A DNA stretch of 64,000 nucleotides, taken from positions 44,206,001 to 44,270,000 of the forward strand of contig OX597818.1 of NCBI GenBank assembly GCA_951406725.2. The letters are read 5' to 3'. The notes beneath the pieces are model-generated. The model did no database searches. It worked only from the letters and a program-made list of their open reading frames with translations, and was not told where the DNA came from. The translations under genes and the position numbers were made by a program. This DNA is from Octopus vulgaris (taxonomy: Eukaryota). This document shows positions 62,423-64,000 of this stretch, piece by piece. Positions within the stretch are counted from its first letter, which is position 1. The number at the start of each line of letters is the position of its first letter.

Positions 62423-63071
62423 TATATATATATATGAGAGAGAGAGAAAGAGAGAGATGTAGATAAACATGCTTGGGCTTGATATAAAAAATATACATAC
62501 ATACACATGTAAAAATATATATAGGGATATACATACAGAGAGAAACAAAACCTGAAAATATTCAGAATATGAATACTCATGAAGCAATTAGGTCTTTACA
62601 CAGAGAAGGGGAGATATTTCAAGACTTAGTTGTTTCTGGGTGCTCGGAATTATGTAATAGTTGTAATATGTAGATGGAGTGTGCAAAAAAGTCAAAGACA
62701 TGCAACCAGTTGTAGATACATATAAATATTACCGTGAAACCTGTCTCTGTTATCAGGGTGGAAAGATCAGCAATGATGGAGGCCAGTTTTACAATAATGT
62801 TTATATGCATCCACTACTGATTGTATATCTTTAACTTTTTACTCACTTCATCTGCATATTACAACTGCTATGTAATCCTGAGCACCTGAAAACAAGACTT
62901 GAAATACCATGCCTTCTCCCCTTAGTTTTCTATATTCTTTGCACTCCATGTAAATTTGTTCCATAACTATATAAATATCTAGGGAGAGTTTACGAAAAAA
63001 ACAAAATACGAAGACAGGTGGTGTACAAAACAAACAGATGTATTAGCATAATGCTCAGGAATAGAAAAAGT

Positions 63072-63108
63072 CTTTTACATTTCAAGCCTATGCTTTTCTA
63101 CAGAAAGG
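63072..63108 (-). ncRNA. decayed minimal hammerhead-like motif
   Basis: Minus strand reads cttt-CTGTAGAA-aagc-atag-gctt-GAAAT-GTA-aaag. Stems I and II pair, but the core is non-canonical. Confidence 0.4.
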
Positions 63109-64000
63109 GACACAGAAAAAACAAGGAGAGAAAAAAAATGTGTCTAGTGGCTAACGATATATCATGGTGATATAAATATCTATATGCTTATACATGAGTG
63201 TACATCTGAATATTTTCAGGTTTTGTTTCTCTCTGCATATATATCCCTGTATAAATATTTATATGTATATATGTATGTATATTTTATATATCAAGCTCAA
63301 TGGCATGTATCTATATCAGTATCTCCATATCTGCTCACTTGGATTTCTCTTATAGTCACTCTTTACCTCACAGACTCACTTAGTCATTGATAAAGACTTC
63401 AGAGAGTAAGTTCAAATCATTTGAACACTTCATGTTTTCTGTATTAAGCATCTCTGTATTATACTGGCTGACTCTCTCTCTTTAAATATATATATATATA
63501 TATATGCACGCACACACATATACACTGTAAAAATTATTCAGTGATTAAATTTATAATGATTACTTACATGATTAAGTAGAGGTTAACTATTGATGATTTT
63601 ATAAAGAATGGCCCCAGTATTACGAATGTTTAGCGTTGAATATTTTTTTTGTAAAAATGAAGTTATTTTAGGGATGTAGAATTGATTTTAGAGAATGGCT
63701 TTAGTTATTACATCTTTCAAGCAAATAACAATTTTGCTTTGCTTTTGTACACTTAAAATTTAACAACCCAATCAAAAAAAATCAAGATTGTAACATAAAA
63801 ATAGAATATGGCCAAGATAGTGGTCATGCCAATCCTTGTTTTACTCTTTTGTTGTATTTGAAAATACTTTAGACTCTTTATTAGCAAACAAGTTTTCTTT
63901 TTATTGTGTTAGTTATTTTGAAAGGACTCTCATCTAATTTTGGAAATCCTCAGATTTTTTTAGAATCTAACAATGGTTCAAAGTATAGCAAAATTATGCT

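Overview
AT-rich, repeat-dense eukaryotic DNA, most likely intronic or intergenic. The SINE and LINE repertoire strongly suggests an octopus (coleoid cephalopod). I found no intact host protein-coding gene: almost every listed ORF is microsatellite, SINE read-through or a decayed transposon. The window holds about 30 tRNA-derived SINE copies from at least four modular families, decayed LINEs (RTE, CR1/L2-like, R4/Dong-like), piggyBac-type TTAA MITEs, a mariner relic, a probable Chapaev3 relic, a MITE carrying telomere-like repeats, a 56-bp Helitron-like element, and a ~200-bp minisatellite. The most notable signal is invisible in the ORF track. At least five sequence-unrelated non-coding elements carry type I hammerhead ribozyme motifs with palindromic stem III. 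They often occur as inverted pairs or foldbacks next to (TA)n tracts, consistent with non-autonomous Penelope-like or retrozyme-like elements. A second signal is SINE concatemers with a fixed head-loop junction inside single target-site duplications (TSDs). All family names come from pattern recognition, not database searches.
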